A stretch of DNA of 32,000 bases from Mycolicibacterium smegmatis (lineage in GTDB: Bacteria > Actinomycetota > Actinomycetes > Mycobacteriales > Mycobacteriaceae), in NCBI RefSeq assembly GCF_001457595.1, contig NZ_LN831039.1:3480001-3512000 (forward strand), given 5' to 3'. Shown in pieces: positions 25,011-32,000 of the stretch. Below the pieces are notes generated by a model, which saw nothing but the letters and a program-made list of their open reading frames with translations, made no database searches and was not told the DNA's origin. The translations under genes were made by a program, and so were the position numbers. Within the stretch, counting starts at the first letter, position 1, and each line of letters opens with the position of its first letter.

Positions 25011-25757
25011 TCAGATCGCGGTGGCACCGCCGTCGACGTTCACCAGTTGGCCGTTGACAAAGCTTGAGTCGTCGCAGGCGAGGAAGAGCGCGGCGCTCGC
25101 GACCTCCCTCGGTTGGCCGAGCTCGCCTCGCGGGATCATTCCCTCCATCTGGCCCTTCAACGCAGGAACGTCCAGCAGGGCCTGGATGAACGCGGTCTCG
25201 ACCGGTCCCGGGTTCAGGACGTTGACACGGATCCGTCGGTCCTGGAGTTCGGCGAGCCAGACGCGGGCGAACGCGTGCAGCGCGGCCTTGCTCCCCGCGT
25301 AGACGCTCCATCCGGGCCAGCCTTTGATCGACGCGTTCGAGGCGGTCATGATGATCGAACCGCCGTCGTTGAAGAGCGGCAACGCCTTCTGCACCGCGAA
25401 AAGCGTCCCGCGGGTGTTGACCCGGAAGGTCTCGTCGAACAGTTCCTCGGTGATCGCACCGAGTGGGGCGGTCGGTCCTATCCCAGCATTCGTGTACAAC
25501 ACGTCGACGCTTCCTTTTTCGCGTTCGACGGTCTCGAACAGCCGGTCCAGATCCTCGAGGTCGGCGGCATCGCCCTGCACGCCCGTCACGTTGCGGCCGA
25601 TCGCCGCGACAGCCTGATCCAGCGCCTCTTGGCGCCGACCGGTGATGAAGACATATGCTCCCTCTTCGACGAACAGCTTCGCGCCGGCCAATGCCATACC
25701 GCTTGTCGCACCGGTGATCACCGCCACCTTGCCGTCCAGCTTGCCCATGTTCCCCAC
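25011..25757 (-). CDS. SDR family oxidoreductase (classical)
   Basis: TGATSGMA cofactor motif and NAG. Intact catalytic motif: SVYAGSKAA. Confidence 0.9.
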   Translation of the reverse strand: MGNMGKLDGKVAVITGATSGMALAGAKLFVEEGAYVFITGRRQEALDQAVAAIGRNVTGVQGDAADLEDLDRLFETVEREKGSVDVLYTNAGIGPTAPLGAITEELFDETFRVNTRGTLFAVQKALPLFNDGGSIIMTASNASIKGWPGWSVYAGSKAALHAFARVWLAELQDRRIRVNVLNPGPVETAFIQALLDVPALKGQMEGMIPRGELGQPREVASAALFLACDDSSFVNGQLVNVDGGATAI

Positions 25758-25832
25758 TCTCGAATCGATCAGAGCCGCATGCCCTCTGATGGGGACAACG
25801 TCGCCGTGGCACTGGGCGTTCGAATCCCGTCT

Positions 25833-25865
25833 CCTGCGGCGGATCGAGATTCGCTCCGCCGCAGG
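25833..25865 (-). terminator. perfect 11-bp-stem hairpin downstream of the ArsR-family gene
   Basis: CCTGCGGCGGA-N11-TCCGCCGCAGG. It begins 13 nt after the ArsR stop on the minus strand. No U-tract. Confidence 0.5.
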
Positions 25866-25877
25866 TGGACTTGATCG

Positions 25878-26216
25878 TTAGGTGACCGGCGACTCGTCGT
25901 CGGCTGAGCTACCGAGTATCGCGTCGAGCAGCCCCGGAAACGCCTCGTCGAGTTCGGCGCGACGCAAGGTCAGGATCCGCTTGCGCCCGTCGGGCTCATT
26001 ACGGATGATGCCGGCCTCGCGCAGCACCTTCATGAGGTGTGACTTGGTCGATTTCGGCAAATCGGGGTTGACTGTGCTGCATTCGGCCATCGCGAGGGGG
26101 CCATTGGCCAGCTCACGCACAATCGCGAGGCGCGCCGGATCGCTCAGTGCGAACAGGACATCGGTCAGCTTCACGTCGGCGATGTCCGGGTGCGCCAGCT
26201 GTGTGACGGCTCTCAT
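25878..26216 (-). CDS. ArsR/SmtB family transcriptional regulator
   Basis: 112 aa. Winged HTH: LFALSDPARLAIVRELANGP...STKSHLMKVLREAGIIR. It is divergent from an MFS gene. Confidence 0.85.
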   Translation of the reverse strand: MRAVTQLAHPDIADVKLTDVLFALSDPARLAIVRELANGPLAMAECSTVNPDLPKSTKSHLMKVLREAGIIRNEPDGRKRILTLRRAELDEAFPGLLDAILGSSADDESPVT

Positions 26217-26316
26217 GGTTCGATATTAGTTGAACCTTCGCGGGTTGACGGCTACGTTCTTAGAGTTCCACTTTTTTCGAACTGTTCTTTTCGTGGACTC
26301 GAGTCGCGAGGTTGCC

Positions 26317-27564
26317 ATGTCCGTTGCCACCGCCGTCACGCCGGTCGTCCGGAGGACCCGAACACCGGCTTTCTGCCTGACCGTTGCAGCGAGTCTCGCC
26401 ATGACAGTCGGTGCCAGCGCCCCCTCGCCGTTCTACCCCGTCCTGCAACAGCATCTCGGGTACTCAGCGGCGACAAGTACCACGATCTTCGCTGTCTACG
26501 CCGGCGCCCTGTTGGTCACGCTGCTGGTCGTCGGGTCGCTGTCCGACCACATCGGTCGGCGCCCGGTCATCTCGTTCGGCTTTGTGGTGCTTGCCGCCAG
26601 CATGGTGACGTTCTGGCACGCCGATTCCGTCACGGCGCTGATCGTCGCTCGCATCGTCCAGGGAACCGCCACCGGCTTCTTGATGTCGACCTTGTCAGCC
26701 GCGGTCGTGGATCTCGAGCCGAGCAACCGACCGGGGCTGGCGGCCACTCTCAACAGCGTCTTCCCGCTGGGCGGGCTCGCCCTCGGTGCCCCGATCTCGG
26801 GCGTCCTGCTCGACCACTCAACGTCGGCACCGGCCATGGTCTTCGGCGGGCTCGCGTCCCTGTACGTGGCGATAGCGGCGGCCGCGTGCCTACTGCCGGA
26901 GACGTCCCCTCGACACGAAGGTCTCCTGCGCTCCTTTGTTCCTCGTGTGGGCGTGCCCGCGGCCGCGCGCCCACCGTTCTGGCGCGGCGCACCCGGACTG
27001 GTCGCCGGATGGGCCACCACCGGGCTGTACCTGTCCTTGGGCGCACCGCTCGTCGCTCAGGAACTGGGTGGCACCGACCACGCCGAGCAGGGACTCGTCG
27101 TCGCGGCACTCGCCGGCGTGGGTTCCGTGACGAGCTACGTCTGCCGCGGCAAGTCCTCACGCGCCTTGACGACGTACGGCACCACAGCGCTCGCTGCCGG
27201 GACCGCCTTCAGCCTCGTCGGGCTTGCAGTCGGCTCATTGTGGGTCTTCATCGCTGCGGCGGTCCTGGCCGGAGCAGGGGTGGGCGCTTCGTTCCTCGGA
27301 ATCCTGCGCTCGATCACGCCGCTGGCCGCACCGCACGAGCGTGGCGAGTTGTTCGCGGCAGTGTTCGTCGTCAGCTACCTGGCGTTCGGTGGTCCCGCCG
27401 TCCTCGCCGGCGTCGCCGTACCGCATATCGGCCTTGCCCAGACCACCTACCTGTACGGCGGGCTGGTTGTCGTCCTGTCGGTGGGGGCCTGCCTCCTCCG
27501 CGCGCTGGCCACAGAGCAACAAAGTGCACCGGACACAATCGTCCGAACGAATGAAGCAACGTAA
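26317..27564 (+). CDS. MFS transporter
   Basis: ATG 26317 within ORF 26230..27564. About 12 TM helices. Loop motif: LSDHIGRRPVI. Confidence 0.85.
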   Translation: MSVATAVTPVVRRTRTPAFCLTVAASLAMTVGASAPSPFYPVLQQHLGYSAATSTTIFAVYAGALLVTLLVVGSLSDHIGRRPVISFGFVVLAASMVTFWHADSVTALIVARIVQGTATGFLMSTLSAAVVDLEPSNRPGLAATLNSVFPLGGLALGAPISGVLLDHSTSAPAMVFGGLASLYVAIAAAACLLPETSPRHEGLLRSFVPRVGVPAAARPPFWRGAPGLVAGWATTGLYLSLGAPLVAQELGGTDHAEQGLVVAALAGVGSVTSYVCRGKSSRALTTYGTTALAAGTAFSLVGLAVGSLWVFIAAAVLAGAGVGASFLGILRSITPLAAPHERGELFAAVFVVSYLAFGGPAVLAGVAVPHIGLAQTTYLYGGLVVVLSVGACLLRALATEQQSAPDTIVRTNEAT

Positions 27565-27571
27565 CAGGACG

Positions 27572-28675
27572 TCAGCCGGGTGTCGGAACCTCTTTCTTCC
27601 CTTCGGAGCACTTCTGAGCAGCCCAGCGGGCACGACTCTCCCGCAGGGTCCGCTGGGCGGACTCCAGGGTGACGTCGCGTGGATCGATCCCCTCGCGCTC
27701 GAATCCCCTCGCCGCGATCGGCAGGTACAACAATCTCAACGGGACGAAACGCTCGACGACCGCAGACAACCGGCGATACATGTGCATGAAGCGACGGGAC
27801 ATGTCCTCGTCCTCGGGAGTCCACTCCAGGCCGAACAAGTCCTTCACATGGGCCGGGTAACAATTGACGACGATCTGCCGACGCGCCGCCAGCCACGGCC
27901 AGACATACTTCTTCATGACCGGTGGCCACCAGCGCGGGGCCACGCGACGCTCCATGAATTGCTCCAACATGAGCTCCGTTACCTGCGATCTCACCAATTT
28001 GTTTCGCTCGATGTTTTCCAGGTACCGCTCAAAATCGTCGTACGTGCCCGGCTGAGCGCTGTCGTCCACACCCAACAGGCTGTACCACTCCTTGGACTCC
28101 TCGAAGATCTGCTCTTTCATCGCTCTGGGCATGGATCCGTCGAAGTGCAGCTGCTCGACGACCCGTATCAGCAGGTAATAAAAGAAGGTGACATGCGCGA
28201 AATAGAAGGTTTCCGCGTTGAGCGCGTTGAACGTGCCGTCCTTCAATTTTCCTTTGACCGGCTTGTGCATGTTCCTGATCTTCAGCCCGTATTTCTTCGC
28301 ATCTTCGGGGGCGTCGTAAACCGTGCTGTAGATGTACTCGTGTGATCGCCGTGTTCGCTCTTTGTATATCTTGGCGCGGGCCCGCAGCGAGTTGTCACCT
28401 GTGAAAAGAACAGAACCCGCGGTCGCCTGCGCCATCTGCGGCCAAGCGCCGGCAATGGGACCCATGGCGGCATTTCCGAAGAATGAGACATCAAGTCGTC
28501 CCCAATATTTCCAAATCAGGGAACCGGGCGGAATGGGGTGTTGAGAAAGATTGTTCCGCGCAAGACTGTGGTCGCCAGTGAGTTCAGGGACCTTCACTTC
28601 ATCCGGGATCACCGTGTCTGGATCGAACGTTGTCTGCATGATTTTCTTGAAAGCCTTGATCCCCCGCGCCGCCAT
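27572..28675 (-). CDS. MpaB-like oxygenase / DUF2236 family protein
   Basis: The blocks IRNMHKPVKGKLKDGTFNALNAETFYFAHVTFFYY and EWYSLLGV...YDDFERYL match my memory of actinobacterial DUF2236 proteins (..ALNPDVFYWAHATFF..). ATG 28675 lies 6 nt after AAGGAG. An alternative GTG start is at 28678. Confidence 0.7.
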   Translation of the reverse strand: MAARGIKAFKKIMQTTFDPDTVIPDEVKVPELTGDHSLARNNLSQHPIPPGSLIWKYWGRLDVSFFGNAAMGPIAGAWPQMAQATAGSVLFTGDNSLRARAKIYKERTRRSHEYIYSTVYDAPEDAKKYGLKIRNMHKPVKGKLKDGTFNALNAETFYFAHVTFFYYLLIRVVEQLHFDGSMPRAMKEQIFEESKEWYSLLGVDDSAQPGTYDDFERYLENIERNKLVRSQVTELMLEQFMERRVAPRWWPPVMKKYVWPWLAARRQIVVNCYPAHVKDLFGLEWTPEDEDMSRRFMHMYRRLSAVVERFVPLRLLYLPIAARGFEREGIDPRDVTLESAQRTLRESRARWAAQKCSEGKKEVPTPG

Positions 28676-28693
28676 CACGAACTCCTTGCGTTG

Positions 28694-28748
28694 CCGATAC
28701 CGTATGTACTCAACGTCAGTTCTCGGCCGTTCACATACCCGGTATCGG
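28694..28748. promoter_or_regulatory. long-range inverted repeat just upstream of the MpaB-like gene RBS
   Basis: CCGATACCGTATGT (28694-28707) pairs with ACATACCCGGTATCGG (28733-28748). The arms are 14/16 nt with a 2-nt bulge and a 25-nt spacer. Confidence 0.35.
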
Positions 28749-28961
28749 GCAACTGAGCGACTGTTCTCCTACGGTAGCCAGCGCTTTGCCTGACTGTGTG
28801 TGATTCGGCGCCCGAAATGCACGCCCTCTCTTTTGCGCGGTGCCGGCGGATCGCCACGGCGAAGTGTTCCTATCCTGCAGGCGACACGTTTCGCCCCTTG
28901 CCTCGCACCGGATCGCCATGGCGCACAATGGGCCACGCATCCAACGCCGAACGGAGGAACG

Positions 28962-30656
28962 GTGCCGGAAATCAGCCCTGTGGCCGAATTCGACTACGTC
29001 ATCGTCGGTGCCGGTAGCGCCGGTTGCCTACTGGCCAACCGGCTCAGCGCCAACCCAGATCATCGTGTGCTCCTGATCGAGGCCGGCGGCAAAGACAACT
29101 GGTTCTGGATCAAGGTGCCGGTGGGCTACCTGTTCACCATCGCCAACCCCCGCACCGACTGGTGTTTCAACACCGAACCCGACCCGGGTCTGGCCGGCCG
29201 CAGCATCATCTACGCGCGTGGTCGGGTGATCGGCGGGTGCTCCTCGATCAACGCCATGATCCACATGCGCGGGCAGGCCAGCGACTACGAACTGTGGGCT
29301 CGGGCCACCGGTGACGACCGATGGCTCTGGGGTGGCCCCGACCGACCCGGCCAAACACTGGCGATCTACAAGGAGTTGGAGAACTACTTCGGGGGTGCCG
29401 ACGAGTGGCACGGCGCCGATGGCGAGATCCGGGTCGAGCGGCCGCGTGTGCGGTGGAAGATCCTCGACGCCTGGCAGGCCGCCGCTGCCCAGTTCGGCAT
29501 CACCCCGATCGAAGAGTTCAATCGCGGCGACAACTCCGGGAGCGCGTATTTCCACGTCAACCAACGGCGTGGTCGGCGCTGGTCGATGGCCGATGCGTTC
29601 CTGCACCCTGTCACGCACCGTCGCAATCTCACCGTCTATACGCAAACCCGTGCTCTGCGGCTGCTGATGGACGATCAGGTGAGCGAGGAGCAACGTCGGG
29701 GTGCCTGGACGACGGCGCAGCATCGAGTGACAGGGGTGCGGCTGCTCAAAGACGGACAGATTGTCGACGTCCGAGCCCGGCGTGAAGTGATCCTGAGTGC
29801 CGGCGCCATCGGTTCGCCCCATCTGATGCAGGTCTCGGGTCTGGGTCCGGCCGGGTTACTCGCGGAGCACCAGGTGCCTGTGGCCGTGGACCTGCCCGGT
29901 GTCGGTGAGAATCTTCAGGACCATCTGCAGCTTCGGACGGTCTTCCGCGTCCGCGGTGCGCGTACCGTCAACACGCTCTACCGCAACTGGATCACGCGCG
30001 CGGGCATGGGAATTCAGTATCTGCTGTTGCGCTCGGGGCCCATGACCATGCCGCCGTCCACGCTCGGAGCCTTCGCCAAGAGCGACCCCACTCTGGCCAG
30101 CCCTGACCTGGAGTGGCACGTGCAGCCATTGTCCCTGCCGAAGTTCGGCGAACCCCTGCACCCCTTCGCGGCCATCACTCCCTCGGTGTGCAATCTGCGC
30201 CCAACTTCCCGCGGCCACGTGCGCATGGCCACCGCGGATCCGCTGGCCGACCCGAAGATCCTCTGCAACTACCTGTCCACGGACGACGATCGCGAAAAGG
30301 CGGTGCGAGGCCTGCGAATGACGCGGCAGATCATGTCCGCCCCGGCACTGGCCCGATATTCTCCGGAGGAGATGCTTCCCGGCCCGCAGCTGGCGAGTGA
30401 CGACGATCTGCAACAGGCGGCGCGCGAATTGGGTACGACGATCTTCCATCCGGTCGGCACGTGTGCAATGGGTGCGTTCGACACACATGGTCTGCCTACC
30501 TCGGCCACCACAGTTCTCGATACCGATCTGCGCGTCTTCCGGGTCGCCGGTCTGAGGGTGGCCGATGCCTCCGCGATGCCGAACATCACTTCCGGCAACA
30601 CAAATGCGCCGGTGATGCTCATCGCAGAACGCGCCGCGCGCGCGATCCTGGGATGA
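28962..30656 (+). CDS. GMC family FAD-dependent oxidoreductase (choline-dehydrogenase-like)
   Basis: GTG 28962 follows GGAGGA. FAD motif: FDYVIVGAGSAGCLLANRLS. Also GRVIGGCSSINAM. This is the C-terminal 564 aa of ORF 28800..30656. Confidence 0.9.
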   Translation: MPEISPVAEFDYVIVGAGSAGCLLANRLSANPDHRVLLIEAGGKDNWFWIKVPVGYLFTIANPRTDWCFNTEPDPGLAGRSIIYARGRVIGGCSSINAMIHMRGQASDYELWARATGDDRWLWGGPDRPGQTLAIYKELENYFGGADEWHGADGEIRVERPRVRWKILDAWQAAAAQFGITPIEEFNRGDNSGSAYFHVNQRRGRRWSMADAFLHPVTHRRNLTVYTQTRALRLLMDDQVSEEQRRGAWTTAQHRVTGVRLLKDGQIVDVRARREVILSAGAIGSPHLMQVSGLGPAGLLAEHQVPVAVDLPGVGENLQDHLQLRTVFRVRGARTVNTLYRNWITRAGMGIQYLLLRSGPMTMPPSTLGAFAKSDPTLASPDLEWHVQPLSLPKFGEPLHPFAAITPSVCNLRPTSRGHVRMATADPLADPKILCNYLSTDDDREKAVRGLRMTRQIMSAPALARYSPEEMLPGPQLASDDDLQQAARELGTTIFHPVGTCAMGAFDTHGLPTSATTVLDTDLRVFRVAGLRVADASAMPNITSGNTNAPVMLIAERAARAILG

Positions 30657-30673
30657 CTCGATAATCTTCGTGT

Positions 30674-31588
30674 ATGGCCGACCGCACGCAGTTGGGTGCC
30701 GCGACCATCTCACGGGTGGTCGAATGGCGTCTTGATCTACCGCTCACCATGTTTCCCCGCACCCCGCACGACGTGTGGCAGGAACTCGCGTCCGAACTGA
30801 GCCCCACGTTCTGGAACTCCGACAAGTGGCACGCCCTGGTGCAGACGTGGGTCGTCGAGGTCGACGGACTCACGGTGCTGGTCGACACCGGCGTCGGCAA
30901 CGGTCGCGACCGCCCGGCCATGCCATTCCTGGCTGGTCTCGACACCGATTTCCTCGAGGCGCTCGAAGCCGCGGGCGTCTCCCCCGCCTCGGTGGACATC
31001 GTCGTCAACACCCACGTCCACACCGACCACGTCGGGTGGAACACCAGACGCGAGAACGATCGATGGGTGCCGACCTTCCCGAACGCCCGCTATCTCGTGC
31101 CGGAAGCCGACTACCGCTACTACCACCCGGAAAATGCCGACGCCCGGGGCCCCGGCCGGGACGAGGAACATCAGGCGCGACTCGATGCGAGCCGAATCCT
31201 GTTCTCCGACAGTATTCTTCCTGTTGACGAGGCGGGTCAGATCCAACTGTGGTGCGATGACTACCAGATCAGCGAGTCGCTGAGGTTGCGGCCCGCTCCG
31301 GGCCACACACCCGGCTCATCGGTGCTGTGGCTGGATGCGGGCCGACCGGCGGTGTTCGTCGGGGACCTCACCCACAGCCCCATGCAGATCCACCACCCCA
31401 CGGATTCATGTGTGCTCGACGAGGACTTCGACCAAGCCGCAGTGACGCGTCGACGCGTGCTGACCGAGGCGTCCAGGCGGCGTGCCGCCGTCATTCCCGC
31501 GCACTATCCGGGGCACGGCGGGGCGACCGTGGTGGCACGCGGCGACGCGTTCATGATCGACGGTTGGCTGAACGTCGACGCGTTGTGA
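30674..31588 (+). CDS. MBL-fold metallo-hydrolase
   Basis: HxHxDH motif: VNTHVHTDHVGWN. A later GHTPG block is present. 304 aa. Confidence 0.85.
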   Translation: MADRTQLGAATISRVVEWRLDLPLTMFPRTPHDVWQELASELSPTFWNSDKWHALVQTWVVEVDGLTVLVDTGVGNGRDRPAMPFLAGLDTDFLEALEAAGVSPASVDIVVNTHVHTDHVGWNTRRENDRWVPTFPNARYLVPEADYRYYHPENADARGPGRDEEHQARLDASRILFSDSILPVDEAGQIQLWCDDYQISESLRLRPAPGHTPGSSVLWLDAGRPAVFVGDLTHSPMQIHHPTDSCVLDEDFDQAAVTRRRVLTEASRRRAAVIPAHYPGHGGATVVARGDAFMIDGWLNVDAL

Positions 31589-31746
31589 AGCTGAACCCCG
31601 AAGCCCAGCGCAGTCGGCAGCTCACGACGCGCACCTTTCAGGCGCGTGGAGCGGCAAGCGATTTTCCGTCATCGAATCCGCTCCGACCCCTGGCGGCCGC
31701 GTGGGCAGGGTACGCCGTGATTTGCGCCTACGGCCCTCGTACCGCG

Positions 31747-32000
31747 TCAGAGCGTGGCGGCGGTGGCCTGGTTGTACAGGTCCGCGGCCGCGCCCATCGC
31801 GGCCCGGACGGTGTTGTAGTAGTGCGTACCGACGCCACCACTGCGGTATTTGCGCAGCTGCGGGTTCTGGGCGAGCGTCGCCGCGAGAACGTTGTCGCTG
31901 GTGCCGTACTTCCTGAACGCATCATTGAATCGGACAATGAACCGGGCGATTGCCTTGTTGGGGTCCTGGCGCTCTTCGACCGTGCCGAAGCTGGCTTTTT
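31747..32000 (-). CDS. 3' end of a hypothetical protein gene (partial, continues beyond the window)
   Basis: Not in the track because no start lies in the window. The reverse frame is open from 31998 to TGA at 31747-31749. It gives ...KASFGTVEERQDPNKAIARFIVRFNDAFRKYGTSDNVLAATLAQNPQLRKYRSGGVGTHYYNTVRAAMGAAADLYNQATAATL, with protein-like composition and high GC3. Confidence 0.5.
   Translation of the reverse strand, partial: KASFGTVEERQDPNKAIARFIVRFNDAFRKYGTSDNVLAATLAQNPQLRKYRSGGVGTHYYNTVRAAMGAAADLYNQATAATL

Noticed and set aside
25809-25830. GTTCGAATCCCG, a motif resembling a tRNA T-loop.
   Set aside because: The flanking bases do not form a T-stem. No matching acceptor stem, anticodon arm or D arm exists within about 90 nt upstream.
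26217-26316. Search for an ArsR-type 12-2-12 operator in the AT-rich ArsR/MFS divergent region.
   Set aside because: I found only weak, imperfect repeats, for example GGTTCGA...TTGAACC with several mismatches. They are not strong enough to call.
1-32000. Window-wide search for CRISPR arrays, rRNA or tRNA genes, transposases, integrases, phage genes, toxin-antitoxin pairs and canonical defence or biosynthetic clusters.
   Set aside because: I found no regularly spaced repeats, no recombinase or nuclease-ATPase gene sets and no PKS, NRPS or terpene signatures on either strand.

Overview
This is a high-GC actinobacterial chromosomal segment, roughly mid-60s % GC by eye. It is most consistent with Mycobacteriales, given an F420-type DUF385 enzyme, many TetR regulators, an MpaB/DUF2236 protein and YaeQ. 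I call about 35 protein-coding genes. I see no rRNA, tRNA, CRISPR array, transposase, integrase or phage genes. Layout: (i) 1-3400 holds a DUF2510-like mini-ORF and two convergent membrane proteins of unknown function. (ii) 3404-8753 holds a FadR-type GntR regulator divergent from a tightly coupled operon of HpcH-aldolase, nitrilase-superfamily amidase and TRAP dctPQM. (iii) 8800-31600 is a patchwork of small regulator-plus-enzyme/exporter units: 5 TetR, 1 ArsR and 1 decayed GlxA/AraC regulator, with AKR, NmrA-like, F420-dependent reductase, HD-domain protein, YaeQ, cis-CaaD-like tautomerase, enoyl-CoA hydratase, LysE, DJ-1/PfpI, two SDRs, two MFS, MpaB-like oxygenase, GMC oxidoreductase and MBL hydrolase. 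I did not find a recognisable defence system, biosynthetic cluster or mobile element. The least ordinary observations are these. An orphan ~170-bp dctM fragment forms a direct repeat that brackets the whole GntR-TRAP module. That catabolic module does not match any pathway I can name. A protein of unknown family carries a desulforedoxin-like Cys cluster at its C-terminus. A GlxA regulator is inactivated by two independent lesions. An SDR lacks the catalytic Tyr. A compositionally atypical MpaB-like gene has a structured upstream region. Several perfect palindromic operator candidates are present. All functional calls rest on motif recognition from memory and need database confirmation.
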